Of a stretch of DNA of 64,000 nucleotides, positions 28,369-37,357 are shown piece by piece (within the stretch, counting starts at the first letter, position 1; the number at the start of each line of letters is the position of its first letter). Source of the DNA: a virus. Its lineage: Duplodnaviria > Caudoviricetes. A program made the position numbers and the translations under genes. Where the stretch lies: IMG/VR virus record IMGVR_UViG_3300031998_000005. One strand, written 5' to 3'. The notes beneath the pieces were generated by a model, which was not told the DNA's origin, ran no database searches, and was given only the letters and a program-made list of their open reading frames with translations.

Positions 28369-28550
28369 TCCACAATTTCACATTCAACGGGTTCGGCTTT
28401 CGCAAGTTTATCCTTGCGGTCAAGACACCCGTGGTCATCGGATTTCCAAAAGTTATACATCGGGCAGTCCTTAACCAAATCCCCGATAATGCGTATAGTT
28501 GTAACACCGCTAGGGGGCTGATACCATTTTGTCGGTTCGTCTTTTGTCAT
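28365..28550 (-). CDS. small hypothetical protein
   Basis: 61 aa ORF, AGGAG SD. Confidence 0.55.
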   Translation of the reverse strand: MTKDEPTKWYQPPSGVTTIRIIGDLVKDCPMYNFWKSDDHGCLDRKDKLAKAEPVECEIVE

Positions 28551-28563
28551 AGTTCAATATCTC

Positions 28564-29025
28564 CTATACGATTTCAGCCATATTCCAATTTAGTCGGGAG
28601 TTCCTACGGATAAGGGCATACTGCTTCTTGCCAACCAGGGCAAGCAGTGATTCGGCAGAATGAACAGGCTGTGTCCATATCCCCTTTTTCTTGGAACAGA
28701 ACACCAACAAGGGGTAAACAGGTATATTACCGAAATCCCTATGGTCATCGTAGAACATAAGGGCGAACAGCAGATTGTTTATGCCCAAGCCACCCACGGC
28801 AATCACGCTCATACTCTTGGCTCTCATATTAGTTATCGGGCGACCGAAAGCATAGGGCATTCCCTTGATAAACGGAATCCACTGATGGTATGCCCCTTCG
28901 TCATCCCAATAGGCAAGCGTGTCGCCAATGACCTTGACATCCTTACGCCAATAGGTCTTACAGGTCGCCAAGTTCTCCCTGTGTTCAATCTTGTCGGCAA
29001 GCCACTTACGGATTTTTCTTAACAT
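28564..29025 (-). CDS. hypothetical phage protein
   Basis: 153 aa ORF in the array. Confidence 0.6.
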   Translation of the reverse strand: MLRKIRKWLADKIEHRENLATCKTYWRKDVKVIGDTLAYWDDEGAYHQWIPFIKGMPYAFGRPITNMRAKSMSVIAVGGLGINNLLFALMFYDDHRDFGNIPVYPLLVFCSKKKGIWTQPVHSAESLLALVGKKQYALIRRNSRLNWNMAEIV

Positions 29026-29308
29026 CTTTCTTCTCCATCAACGGTCCTAACGAGTCTATCATAAAGACCGAAGCCATAGCGTCATCGCAGTCCTTGGAAG
29101 GTTCGTGAACCAAATCCCCCAAGGCTTTGTTATATTCTTCCAATGTCTTTACATCACAAGTCCGTATATCCATATTTAGAAACAGCCTGCGGATTTCTTC
29201 AAGTTCTTCGGGTGTCGGTCCAATCTTGGCATAGAAAGCCAAGTTGGTCTTATGGCGAAGGTCAAGAACATCCGCAAGGGGTAATCCTACAACATCTTCA
29301 TCAGCCAT
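29006..29308 (-). CDS. hypothetical phage protein
   Basis: 100 aa ORF in the array. Confidence 0.6.
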   Translation of the reverse strand: MADEDVVGLPLADVLDLRHKTNLAFYAKIGPTPEELEEIRRLFLNMDIRTCDVKTLEEYNKALGDLVHEPSKDCDDAMASVFMIDSLGPLMEKKDVKKNP

Positions 29309-29309
29309 A

Positions 29310-30140
29310 CTACACCCTCTGCTTTCTAGGAAGTTTCAGCAGTTCCACCGCTTCATCGTTAGGCAACCATCTGCGAGAGCCGTCAGCCATACGCACGAGT
29401 TTGTTGGCATTGTTCTGCTTGATGTGCCACTGATAGGTCTTGATGACTGCATCATACATCGCAATAAGTTTGCTAGAATCACGGGTCTTTGCCGAGTAGG
29501 GGTTCTCGGCATCTTCACGCAGGACACGTTCCTTTTCAGCCTGCAAGAGTTCCAGGATTTCCTTGCGAGAGATACCGACCCGCTTGGCTCGTTTCCTTAC
29601 AGGTTTCTCCACGGGAGTTTCCGCAGGAGTTTCTTCGTGAGCCTGTGGTTTCTTCGGAAAGCACTCGGACATAGAGAACTGCTCAATCCGCTTCATAATG
29701 AGATTTTCGGACATATACTTGTCAAAGACAATCTGCACACCCGCAAATTTCATCAAGGATTCCAACATACGGGTCGTATCTTCTTTCAAATACATCGCCT
29801 CAAAGATTTGGCGACCCCGATTAGTCTTGCCCGTATATGCACCATCGCCATAGATGGCAATAAATGACATCGGCATAATGGAGTCATACGGAAAACTAAT
29901 TTCGTAATTGTCAATCGGTTGGAGTTTATCCTTGAGCGTTTCATTGGTCTCATATTTCTTGAACACCCTATTCGCAGCGAAACCGACAATATACAGGGGA
30001 GCGTCATCATCGGGAGCAATCCCTTTGAAGAACTTGCAATCCTTGATAACCTGGTTGTCTATCAGCACCTTGGGGCTGACGGGCTTGAACACGTAGCCCC
30101 CGAACTTATGGAGCGAAATAATCAAATGGTCGGGAATCAT
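29310..30140 (-). CDS. hypothetical early protein
   Basis: 276 aa; first gene after the promoter at 30171-30199. Confidence 0.7.
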   Translation of the reverse strand: MIPDHLIISLHKFGGYVFKPVSPKVLIDNQVIKDCKFFKGIAPDDDAPLYIVGFAANRVFKKYETNETLKDKLQPIDNYEISFPYDSIMPMSFIAIYGDGAYTGKTNRGRQIFEAMYLKEDTTRMLESLMKFAGVQIVFDKYMSENLIMKRIEQFSMSECFPKKPQAHEETPAETPVEKPVRKRAKRVGISRKEILELLQAEKERVLREDAENPYSAKTRDSSKLIAMYDAVIKTYQWHIKQNNANKLVRMADGSRRWLPNDEAVELLKLPRKQRV

Positions 30141-30170
30141 AATATCCTCGGTTTGGTTGTCCTGCCCTAG

Positions 30171-30199
30171 AATATAACAAAATACCTAGTCGGTGTCAA
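30171..30199 (-). promoter_or_regulatory. early promoter TTGACA-N17-TATATT
   Basis: aatata 30171-30176, tgtcaa 30194-30199. Confidence 0.85.
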
Positions 30200-30202
30200 T
30201 AC

Positions 30203-31033
30203 TTAATGCAAATTATCCCAAAAATTATCTGCGGTTTCCCTGTCCTGTTTACGCTTTCGCCAAAACTTTCCGTAGAGCCATTCATTAGGCATTACCACAA
30301 AGATGACGATAGCCGTGATAATAATGATGGCGAAGATGACCCAAAAGATTGGAACGCCCCACTTGTGAACCAATTTATCCACGGCAGTGTCCAAACCTAC
30401 GCCATCAAGGAACTTGGCATCGTTGAACTGATGGTTGTCAATGTTCGCATACACGGTGCCCGTGTAGGACAGGCTACGCCCGTAATAGACATACCTCTGC
30501 TTGTTAGAAAAGAAACTACTAGAACGCACGGGAACTGTTCCGACATAGTTTTCCCACGGCAGTTCGGGGAACGCAGAATAGTAAAAGTTCCTACCCAGGA
30601 AATTGACTTGACTTACGGAGAACACATCCCTGTCAATCGCATCCCACGTCCAATACGTTTCCGTATGGCAGTGGCGGTTCTTACCCTCACCCGTGCAAAC
30701 GGTCCTATGGTGCTTTCGGTATTCTTCAAGAACACGGGTAAGCGTCATATAGTTCCCAATACCTTCATCGGTCACGAAACCGATAGCACTCACAGTTCCG
30801 TAAGCAAGCGTGTGTCCTGCGTTCGTCTTGAACGCATAGTTGAATTGGGTGCTGTCCGCAATCTTGACCGCCTGGTAATACTTTACATTAGCGTCATCTT
30901 CGCAACTGCGGATAGAGCCTGCAATACACAAACCCCCGACAAAGGCAAGCAGGAAGAACAAAACGGAAACGAACATTTCACGCTTGGTCACTTCCACTTC
31001 GGGTTCGTTGTTATAAGAGTAAGGGTAAGACAT
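30203..31033 (-). CDS. LemA-associated membrane protein
   Basis: N- and C-terminal TM helices flanking a soluble domain; directly downstream of lemA. Confidence 0.7.
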   Translation of the reverse strand: MSYPYSYNNEPEVEVTKREMFVSVLFFLLAFVGGLCIAGSIRSCEDDANVKYYQAVKIADSTQFNYAFKTNAGHTLAYGTVSAIGFVTDEGIGNYMTLTRVLEEYRKHHRTVCTGEGKNRHCHTETYWTWDAIDRDVFSVSQVNFLGRNFYYSAFPELPWENYVGTVPVRSSSFFSNKQRYVYYGRSLSYTGTVYANIDNHQFNDAKFLDGVGLDTAVDKLVHKWGVPIFWVIFAIIIITAIVIFVVMPNEWLYGKFWRKRKQDRETADNFWDNLH

Positions 31034-31036
31034 AGA

Positions 31037-31591
31037 TTAGTCCTTCAACAAGCCCGTAGGAGCGTCCACGGGAGCATTTTCAAATTTCAAGTAGCCATAG
31101 TCCTTTTCTTCATAACCGAGCCACGACAGGAAGATACGGGTCGGGAAACTCTTGACATATCGCTTGTAATCCTTAACCGTCGCATTGTAGTAAGTGCGGT
31201 GGCTATCAATGCGATTCTCGGTCATCGCAAGTTCGCTCATATATCTGTCATAGTTTTCAATGCTACGCAACTGCGGGTATCTCTCCACGACACCCTTCAA
31301 GTAAAGGGAAGCATTTACGTTGCCATCGCCTTCCTTTGGGGTTCGGGCTGCGGACAACTGCACAAGCACCTCGGCTTCGTGCTTGTCATAGGACTTTACC
31401 GCTTCGGCAAGGTTCACGAGAAGACCCGCCCTGCGGTTGTATTCGGAGTTAAGGTCGCTCTCGGCACTCTCCACAAGTTGTTCCTTTGCGATAGCGGAGT
31501 TCTGCGAACTCTGCACACCGAACACACAGGCGAGAGCCATCACGCCACAGGCGATAAGAATGGCGACTACGATAAACAGTGCTTTTTTCAT
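31037..31591 (-). CDS. lemA: LemA family protein
   Basis: N-terminal TM; RRAGLLVNLAEAVKSYDKHE, VERYPQLRS, ELAMTENRI...YNATVKDY...FPT. Confidence 0.9.
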   Translation of the reverse strand: MKKALFIVVAILIACGVMALACVFGVQSSQNSAIAKEQLVESAESDLNSEYNRRAGLLVNLAEAVKSYDKHEAEVLVQLSAARTPKEGDGNVNASLYLKGVVERYPQLRSIENYDRYMSELAMTENRIDSHRTYYNATVKDYKRYVKSFPTRIFLSWLGYEEKDYGYLKFENAPVDAPTGLLKD

Positions 31592-31616
31592 TGTTTGTTT
31601 TCCTTTTGGTTAGTGG

Positions 31617-32363
31617 TTATTTGATTTTTTGTTTAGGTTCTTTGCAGGGAATCGGGCAATACAGGCATCCCTTATTCTTGCGGTAAAAACAACACAAGGT
31701 CGGGAACATCACGGACGGAGGGGCACCCTTAAAGCAAGTATGGAATAGGTCAATGTGTTCATCAAGCGTGAGCCTAATCTTGTCATTGAGCATATCCCGA
31801 ACAGCCACATCCAAGTTATCCACCGAACCCTCGTTAGTAATGATGATGTCCTTGTCAGTAATCGGGCTGTCATATTGCAGGGCATCCCTTTCCTTGATTT
31901 GTTCTTCGGTCAGCCCGCTACGCTTCTTGACACGGGCGATACGCACATCTTCATCGCACTGCACGACAATCTTTCCCACGTAGTCATCCAACTGCGAGAA
32001 CGCCTTGACACAGAACGGAGTTTCGGCAGCCTCCACGAATACAGGACCGACCATCGGACACACATAGTCAAACAGGTAGTTATGGAATTTTCGCCACACG
32101 AACACCTCAAAGTCCTGTCGCTTCAAATTATTCTGTGGTTTGAAAAAGTTATTCCGCAAGTATTCCAAGTTCACGGACAGGTCATCGTTCAAGGCATCCT
32201 TACCGAACAACTTGAGATACATCACCTTTGCCTCATCCGTGGTCATCAGCCCCTTGGCGAACTCGTCCAAGCGGATTACAAAGAACCCACGCTGTTGCAA
32301 GAGAACTGACAGGGTGGACTTGCCACTACCGATACGCCCCGTAATAAGATAAATCCTAGCCAT
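31617..32363 (-). CDS. coaE: dephospho-CoA kinase-like P-loop kinase
   Basis: ITGRIGSGKST Walker A; RIARVKKRSGLTEEQIKERDALQ; DIIITNEGS. Confidence 0.8.
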   Translation of the reverse strand: MARIYLITGRIGSGKSTLSVLLQQRGFFVIRLDEFAKGLMTTDEAKVMYLKLFGKDALNDDLSVNLEYLRNNFFKPQNNLKRQDFEVFVWRKFHNYLFDYVCPMVGPVFVEAAETPFCVKAFSQLDDYVGKIVVQCDEDVRIARVKKRSGLTEEQIKERDALQYDSPITDKDIIITNEGSVDNLDVAVRDMLNDKIRLTLDEHIDLFHTCFKGAPPSVMFPTLCCFYRKNKGCLYCPIPCKEPKQKIK

Positions 32364-32364
32364 A

Positions 32365-32712
32365 TCACTTGTCCTTATACTTATTGTAAAATTCTCTCAA
32401 ATCAATCGTCCCGCCCAACCGCTTGAACAGGCTGTCCATCCTAGCAAACGCTTCGTCATCGTAGGAGAACTTACGCCCCTCACGTTGTTCCAAGCGTAGC
32501 AGTTTATCATCAATGAACTTTTTGCAGGAATACAGGTCAAAGCAGTGGGCAAAGGCACACATACCATCTTCGTCAATGGCTTCCCACACCACGCAATGTT
32601 CGCCTTGAAAATACCCGCAACACTCAATGAATACGCCACGATACAGGTAGCGAATGCCGACCTCGGAACGTCCCCTTTTGTTATGGGGTAATCTATGTGC
32701 CCGATACGTCAT
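32365..32712 (-). CDS. hypothetical phage protein
   Basis: 115 aa ORF coupled to coaE. Confidence 0.6.
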   Translation of the reverse strand: MTYRAHRLPHNKRGRSEVGIRYLYRGVFIECCGYFQGEHCVVWEAIDEDGMCAFAHCFDLYSCKKFIDDKLLRLEQREGRKFSYDDEAFARMDSLFKRLGGTIDLREFYNKYKDK

Positions 32713-32715
32713 ACG

Positions 32716-33279
32716 CTACCCGTCAATCTTCTTGTCAAGGAAATTGGCAAGGTCTTTGAGTTTATCGGTTTCCCCGTTGATGGCACAGGTGCGAATCTGC
32801 ATAGAGAGCCGACGCATAAACGGAGTGTATTTCGGGGACGGGAAATTCAACTGCTCCAAGGGAATCCTGGAAAGTTCCGCTTCCTTCTTCAAGCGGATTT
32901 CTTCTGCCTTTGCGTTGGCAAGCATCTGCTTGAGTTGTTCTGCGTGTTTATGTGCGTCTTCGGCACTGCTGTATTGGGGAACATCGGCACAACCCGTAGA
33001 GCAATTTCCACAGGTCTTCGGGAAACCCCTGTTCTTATGGCTGTAATGCAGTTCCTTGCCACAAGAACAGCGAACGGGATAAGACAGCCCGAACAGGGTG
33101 GCGTAGGCTTCATCATAGCGTCTGCCGTGTTCCTGTTGCACGTGAGCATCAAACTCCCGCTTGCTATAAGGAACTTTGCAAAGCGGGCAAGTGTAATCCG
33201 TGCGGGTGTATTTCATCGCACCCGTCTTGGTGCGGGTCACGTATTGTTCACGGGGTTCGGTAATATATTGAATTTTCAT
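32716..33279 (-). CDS. zinc-finger protein
   Basis: C2H2-like CPLC...HVQQEH plus CSCG...CGNC; first gene after the promoter. Confidence 0.7.
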   Translation of the reverse strand: MKIQYITEPREQYVTRTKTGAMKYTRTDYTCPLCKVPYSKREFDAHVQQEHGRRYDEAYATLFGLSYPVRCSCGKELHYSHKNRGFPKTCGNCSTGCADVPQYSSAEDAHKHAEQLKQMLANAKAEEIRLKKEAELSRIPLEQLNFPSPKYTPFMRRLSMQIRTCAINGETDKLKDLANFLDKKIDG

Positions 33280-33325
33280 CGGGGCTATCCTCGGTTAAAA
33301 GGTGTGGTTGTCATTGTATAACCCA

Positions 33326-33354
33326 AATATAACAAAATACCTAGTCAGCGTCAA
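33326..33354 (-). promoter_or_regulatory. early promoter TTGACG-N17-TATATT
   Basis: aatata 33326-33331, cgtcaa 33349-33354. Confidence 0.8.
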
Positions 33355-33552
33355 TAGGTAATCGCAAAAATTTTCAAATTTTTTTAGACCGCCTTTTTAA
33401 TACCCTTAAAAGACTTATGGACATCGGGCAGTTTCTTTTCAACTAGCCCAAGCAGTTGCTCGTGAAGCCGTGCAATCTCCCGCAGGGAGTCATACTCCCA
33501 TCTAGGGATAGTAATGGTTTCGGGATGATGGTGCGAGTCTAGCGGGTATTTC

Positions 33553-33945
33553 TTATGCCTGTTCACTCGCCCCTCCATTGTCTGCGGGGAATCCTGCGAA
33601 TTTCCAGGTATTAGCGTTCTGCAACGAGAACACAAGGTTCTTTTCATCAGTCGGCACGAACACACCGCAGTCAATGAGCAAGACCATCAAGGCAAGCAGT
33701 TGGTCGGGATGTGCCGACAGGGGGCTGTGCAGACAGAAATAATCAGCGGTCACGTTCCCGTTCAAGGCTTCATAGGACGTAGCAAGAAAACGGGTAGAGT
33801 TATCCACGGCAATCAGCAGGGCGGTTTCGGTCGGGAAAGCGTCCTTGAACATCGGGGCATACTGCTTCGCCTTGCGGGTAATCTCGGCTTCATATTTCAT
33901 ATCCGCAGACGCAGGGGTGACTTTCGGGGTAGAGTTTCTTGACAT
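33553..33945 (-). CDS. hypothetical phage protein
   Basis: 130 aa ORF, AACCGAGGA leader. Confidence 0.65.
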   Translation of the reverse strand: MSRNSTPKVTPASADMKYEAEITRKAKQYAPMFKDAFPTETALLIAVDNSTRFLATSYEALNGNVTADYFCLHSPLSAHPDQLLALMVLLIDCGVFVPTDEKNLVFSLQNANTWKFAGFPADNGGASEQA

Positions 33946-33966
33946 AAGGGTTTCCTCGGTTAAGTT

Positions 33967-34040
33967 AAAAAGGGGCGGTTCTCGGCATAGGACAGTTGTT
34001 ATGAACCCAAGGGTTCCGCAAAAAGAGTGAGAACCGCCCC
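33967..34040 (-). ncRNA. candidate small structured RNA or attenuator
   Basis: Perfect 12-bp closing stem 33972-33983/34029-34040, inner GAACC/GGTTC hairpin, U5 tail, TATATT at 34046-34051. Confidence 0.4.
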
Positions 34041-34089
34041 AAGTAAATATAGCATATCTACATTGTGGATAAGTTGTGCAGATTGTGGA

Positions 34090-34371
34090 TTACCACTCCA
34101 CAAGGACACGAATTTCATTATTCCTAGCGTCAAAGTCTTCCTTTGACGGCTTCCACCCCAAATCCACAAGGATGGGGTGGACAATGCTGACACAATCAGC
34201 AGGCGTGATGTCCACCAACAGCGGGATAGTGACCTCACCCGAACGCAAGCCCCGCCAACAATACTGCGGAATGCACTTGTCCAAGCGTTCCTGGACGTAT
34301 TCTTTCCACTTGAAATACTTTTTCGTCAGTTCGGACGCAGTGAACGGGGAGATATTCTTGACCTGTTCCAT
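34090..34371 (-). CDS. hypothetical phage protein
   Basis: 93 aa ORF, GAGGA SD. Confidence 0.6.
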   Translation of the reverse strand: MEQVKNISPFTASELTKKYFKWKEYVQERLDKCIPQYCWRGLRSGEVTIPLLVDITPADCVSIVHPILVDLGWKPSKEDFDARNNEIRVLVEW

Positions 34372-34374
34372 AGC

Positions 34375-34686
34375 CTAGTCCTCTTCGGATTCGGCAGCGT
34401 CATACGCTTCCTGTGTGCTAGGCAACGGACGTTCCCTAAATTCCTTACGAGAAAGGGAAACATACTGACCCCCATCGGGCAGGCTGTCATCCCAAACCCC
34501 CACATACACGCTGTATCGCACACCCTTGCCCGTAGGGAACACCTTGGGGACAAGTTCCGTGATACGCTTGTAGGCTTCCTCGTAAGAAGTGCCGTTAGAG
34601 TGAATTTCCGTATTGTGCCACAATCCCCCGTCCTTGTCATCAAAGAGATTGTCTGCGTGAATGCCATAGATGGTTGTTTTTGCCAT
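34375..34686 (-). CDS. hypothetical phage protein
   Basis: 103 aa ORF, AACCGAGGA leader. Confidence 0.65.
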   Translation of the reverse strand: MAKTTIYGIHADNLFDDKDGGLWHNTEIHSNGTSYEEAYKRITELVPKVFPTGKGVRYSVYVGVWDDSLPDGGQYVSLSRKEFRERPLPSTQEAYDAAESEED

Positions 34687-34701
34687 AGTTGTATTCCTCG
34701 G

Positions 34702-35019
34702 TTAAAGGTCAGTGTAGTCAAACATCTTGTTCCAACGGGGAGTCGGTTCAAATACAGCGTCGTGCTGTTTCTTCGTAAGATTGTCTATCCTGCTCCAATA
34801 GACAATCGGGCAATAAGGCATCCTGCCCCATTTACCTTTCAAGTCAATGTCGTTTTTGAGCCATTCAATCTTATCGTGCGTAGGGGCTTTAACATCAAGG
34901 TATCTGCCGTTCTTGCGATTACGCCAAGCGATAAGAACTTCACCCAAGTCGGTAAGGACTAGGATTTCAGTTTTCGGGGGGATTTCATTTACGTTCCTGT
35001 TCCATTTCATAGCAGACAT
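34702..35019 (-). CDS. hypothetical phage protein
   Basis: 105 aa ORF in the array. Confidence 0.6.
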   Translation of the reverse strand: MSAMKWNRNVNEIPPKTEILVLTDLGEVLIAWRNRKNGRYLDVKAPTHDKIEWLKNDIDLKGKWGRMPYCPIVYWSRIDNLTKKQHDAVFEPTPRWNKMFDYTDL

Positions 35020-35020
35020 C

Positions 35021-35251
35021 CTAGTTTCCCTTGAGAATGCGGGTCACGCCTTCCTTTGCCCTGTAAAGGCGACAATACGAATCAAGACGCTTGCTCCTGT
35101 AAGAGCCATCGGGTTTCTTGAAGGCATAGGGTTCCAGGATTTCCCATTCATCTAGTGCGTAGTTGTGATGAATCCACAACGTCCTGTCCTTGTAGGTGGC
35201 GATGTAGAGACCCGTCTTGTTTTCACGCTTGATTTGAACTTCGTCTGCCAT
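35021..35251 (-). CDS. small early protein
   Basis: Start moved to MADEVQ after AACCGAGGA. Confidence 0.6.
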   Translation of the reverse strand: MADEVQIKRENKTGLYIATYKDRTLWIHHNYALDEWEILEPYAFKKPDGSYRSKRLDSYCRLYRAKEGVTRILKGN

Positions 35252-35286
35252 TACTGCATCCTCGGTTAAAGTGGTTGTCTGCACAG

Positions 35287-35315
35287 AATATAACAAAATA
35301 CCTATATCTCGTCAA
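35287..35315 (-). promoter_or_regulatory. early promoter TTGACG-N17-TATATT
   Basis: aatata 35287-35292, cgtcaa 35310-35315. Confidence 0.8.
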
Positions 35316-35348
35316 TAGGTATTGTAAAAATAATATGTTATATTTTTC

Positions 35349-36152
35349 TTACACGCAGTAATAGACTGCGTGGAGGTTGCTATTCTTGTCGTAGTGCATT
35401 TCCGCAGCGACCACCACCTTCTTGTCATAGGAAAGTTGGCTCATTACAGTAGAACCGAGTTCCAATTCCTGCGTGTAGGTGAACACCTGTATATCGGTAA
35501 GCAATCTGGAAATCTCGTTGCAGTTGTTTACCACGTTCTCCATCGTAGATTGGTCTATGTTCGTAAACTGACCGAACGGCAGAATAACCTGTGCGTCATC
35601 GGGATAAGAACCCGTCACAAGGTTTTCCCAACCGATATACCCCGCAATCGGAGAGCGACCATATATCCTACGGAACGGAACATTTATGACAGTCGGCTTC
35701 TGCTTATAGAGTTCGGAAAAGTAGAGAACCTTATTATTTTCAAAATCTATAAAGGCGGTCTTGGGCGACATATTGGAAAGCAAGATAGCCAACTGCCCGT
35801 TATTCAAAAACAGGTTCAAGAGAGTAATCGGAATTTTCGGACCGTTATCCAATCCTAGACCTTTTAGGATTTCTGCGACCTCTGCGGACTCTACCGATGA
35901 CGGCTGTGAGTTAAGCCACTTGACCTGGGAATCAAGCATAGCGGAAATCTTCACTTGGGTCTTCTCGCCCACGTTCATATAGACTTCGCTACCGACCATC
36001 TTGTATTCTTTCTTTACATTGTCAATGGTTATATTGAACTTCGGAGCATCCGAATAGGATGCCATAGGAACAAGCATTTCTACGAAAGTATAAGCCGAGA
36101 GAGCCTTGCGGACGATAACCTCGTCAATGTTTCCAAGAGAGCATTCAAGCAT
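35349..36152 (-). CDS. putative baseplate hub protein
   Basis: Position downstream of the tape measure in the tail operon; function inferred from context only. Confidence 0.4.
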   Translation of the reverse strand: MLECSLGNIDEVIVRKALSAYTFVEMLVPMASYSDAPKFNITIDNVKKEYKMVGSEVYMNVGEKTQVKISAMLDSQVKWLNSQPSSVESAEVAEILKGLGLDNGPKIPITLLNLFLNNGQLAILLSNMSPKTAFIDFENNKVLYFSELYKQKPTVINVPFRRIYGRSPIAGYIGWENLVTGSYPDDAQVILPFGQFTNIDQSTMENVVNNCNEISRLLTDIQVFTYTQELELGSTVMSQLSYDKKVVVAAEMHYDKNSNLHAVYYCV

Positions 36153-36424
36153 TAGATTTTGAAATCCTTTACTTCATTAAGTTCCGTAGCAATCCAAGTC
36201 CTATCCACCACTGCAACGGCAGCACGATTAGCCAACCGATGTGGGGTATCTACTCCGTTATAAATCATATCCCACTTCATAAAAGAATCACGGGGAAACA
36301 CCTTGTCGGGGCGATTCTTGGATTTGAGTGTGATGACATTCACAGAACCCATCACCGAGCGGGGGTTCACACTGCTATTATTGTTAAGGAACCGTTCAAT
36401 ACTTTTCAGTTCAATCATTCCCAA
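36152..36424 (-). CDS. putative small baseplate protein
   Basis: 90 aa, coupled within the tail operon; context only. Confidence 0.4.
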   Translation of the reverse strand: MGMIELKSIERFLNNNSSVNPRSVMGSVNVITLKSKNRPDKVFPRDSFMKWDMIYNGVDTPHRLANRAAVAVVDRTWIATELNEVKDFKI

Positions 36425-37347
36425 CCACTCCTTACGGAACTTGCCGTAAACAAAGAACCATACATATTGGATATAGTCATCGCCACTTTCATCTGCGTAG
36501 GATAAACTACCCCGCCCGATGTATCATCAACGGCATACCCCGTTTCCGTAAACTTTGCACTTGTCATAACACCCGTGATACTTTGTGCGACCTTCTGCCC
36601 GTCTATAAGTAGTTCTATCGGATGTCCCGCACAAGCCCACTTACCGACAATACCCGAATTAAAGTTCGCACCCATAGCATCAACACCCGCAGCGACGTTC
36701 GCTCCGATACCCGTCAAGGTCCCGACCACGGGAATGCCTGCTGACTGCCCCGCCATAGAAGATTCCGAACGAGCCTTGCCTTCAGCATACATTTGAGCAT
36801 CCCCGTTAATGTAGCCCGCAAGCATTTTCGCCTGGTCTGTATTATGTTGCATAGCCGAAGCCATCATAGCCATACCCGCAGCGTCCACGGGGTCATCGTT
36901 ATACAAAGCGTCATCCCCGTGTCTAGTCGGGCGATAGGAAGATATACTCATACCAAGAGTTTCATTCTTGGAAACAACCTGTTCCCATCCCTGGGCTACA
37001 ATTTCCGAGCGGAGTTGTTTCTTGCAAGTGATATAATCACGATAGTCCGTAAAATACATCACCCCATCAAGGGACACATCTAGGTTCAAGCGACTATCGC
37101 TCCATTGAACACCCGGCATAGGTTTAGACAACTTATCCGAGGGGTCATTACCTGTTCCCAATGCACTCAAACCTTGCACTAGGGTAAGGAACTTTTCTAC
37201 CGAACCCGTCCCTTCTCTAACACTATAAGACGGAAAGCCGTGGTCATCCAAAGAGATATAATCCTTGGAATAAACATACAAGCACCCATACCGATAGCAA
37301 TTAAGCCTAGCAAGCCTACGAAAATCTCTGCACTCTATATCTTCCAT
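36415..37347 (-). CDS. putative baseplate or tail-tube initiator (gp48-like) protein
   Basis: Start moved to MEDIEC after AGGAG; follows the tape measure; C-terminal YPTQMKVAMTIS tube-fold-like strand. Confidence 0.45.
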   Translation of the reverse strand: MEDIECRDFRRLARLNCYRYGCLYVYSKDYISLDDHGFPSYSVREGTGSVEKFLTLVQGLSALGTGNDPSDKLSKPMPGVQWSDSRLNLDVSLDGVMYFTDYRDYITCKKQLRSEIVAQGWEQVVSKNETLGMSISSYRPTRHGDDALYNDDPVDAAGMAMMASAMQHNTDQAKMLAGYINGDAQMYAEGKARSESSMAGQSAGIPVVGTLTGIGANVAAGVDAMGANFNSGIVGKWACAGHPIELLIDGQKVAQSITGVMTSAKFTETGYAVDDTSGGVVYPTQMKVAMTISNMYGSLFTASSVRSGWE

Positions 37348-37357
37348 ACACCTTCTC

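Noticed and set aside
33972-34040. tRNA gene
   Set aside because: It has a GGGGCGG/CCGCCCC stem but no D, anticodon or T arms and no CCA. Kept only as a candidate ncRNA.
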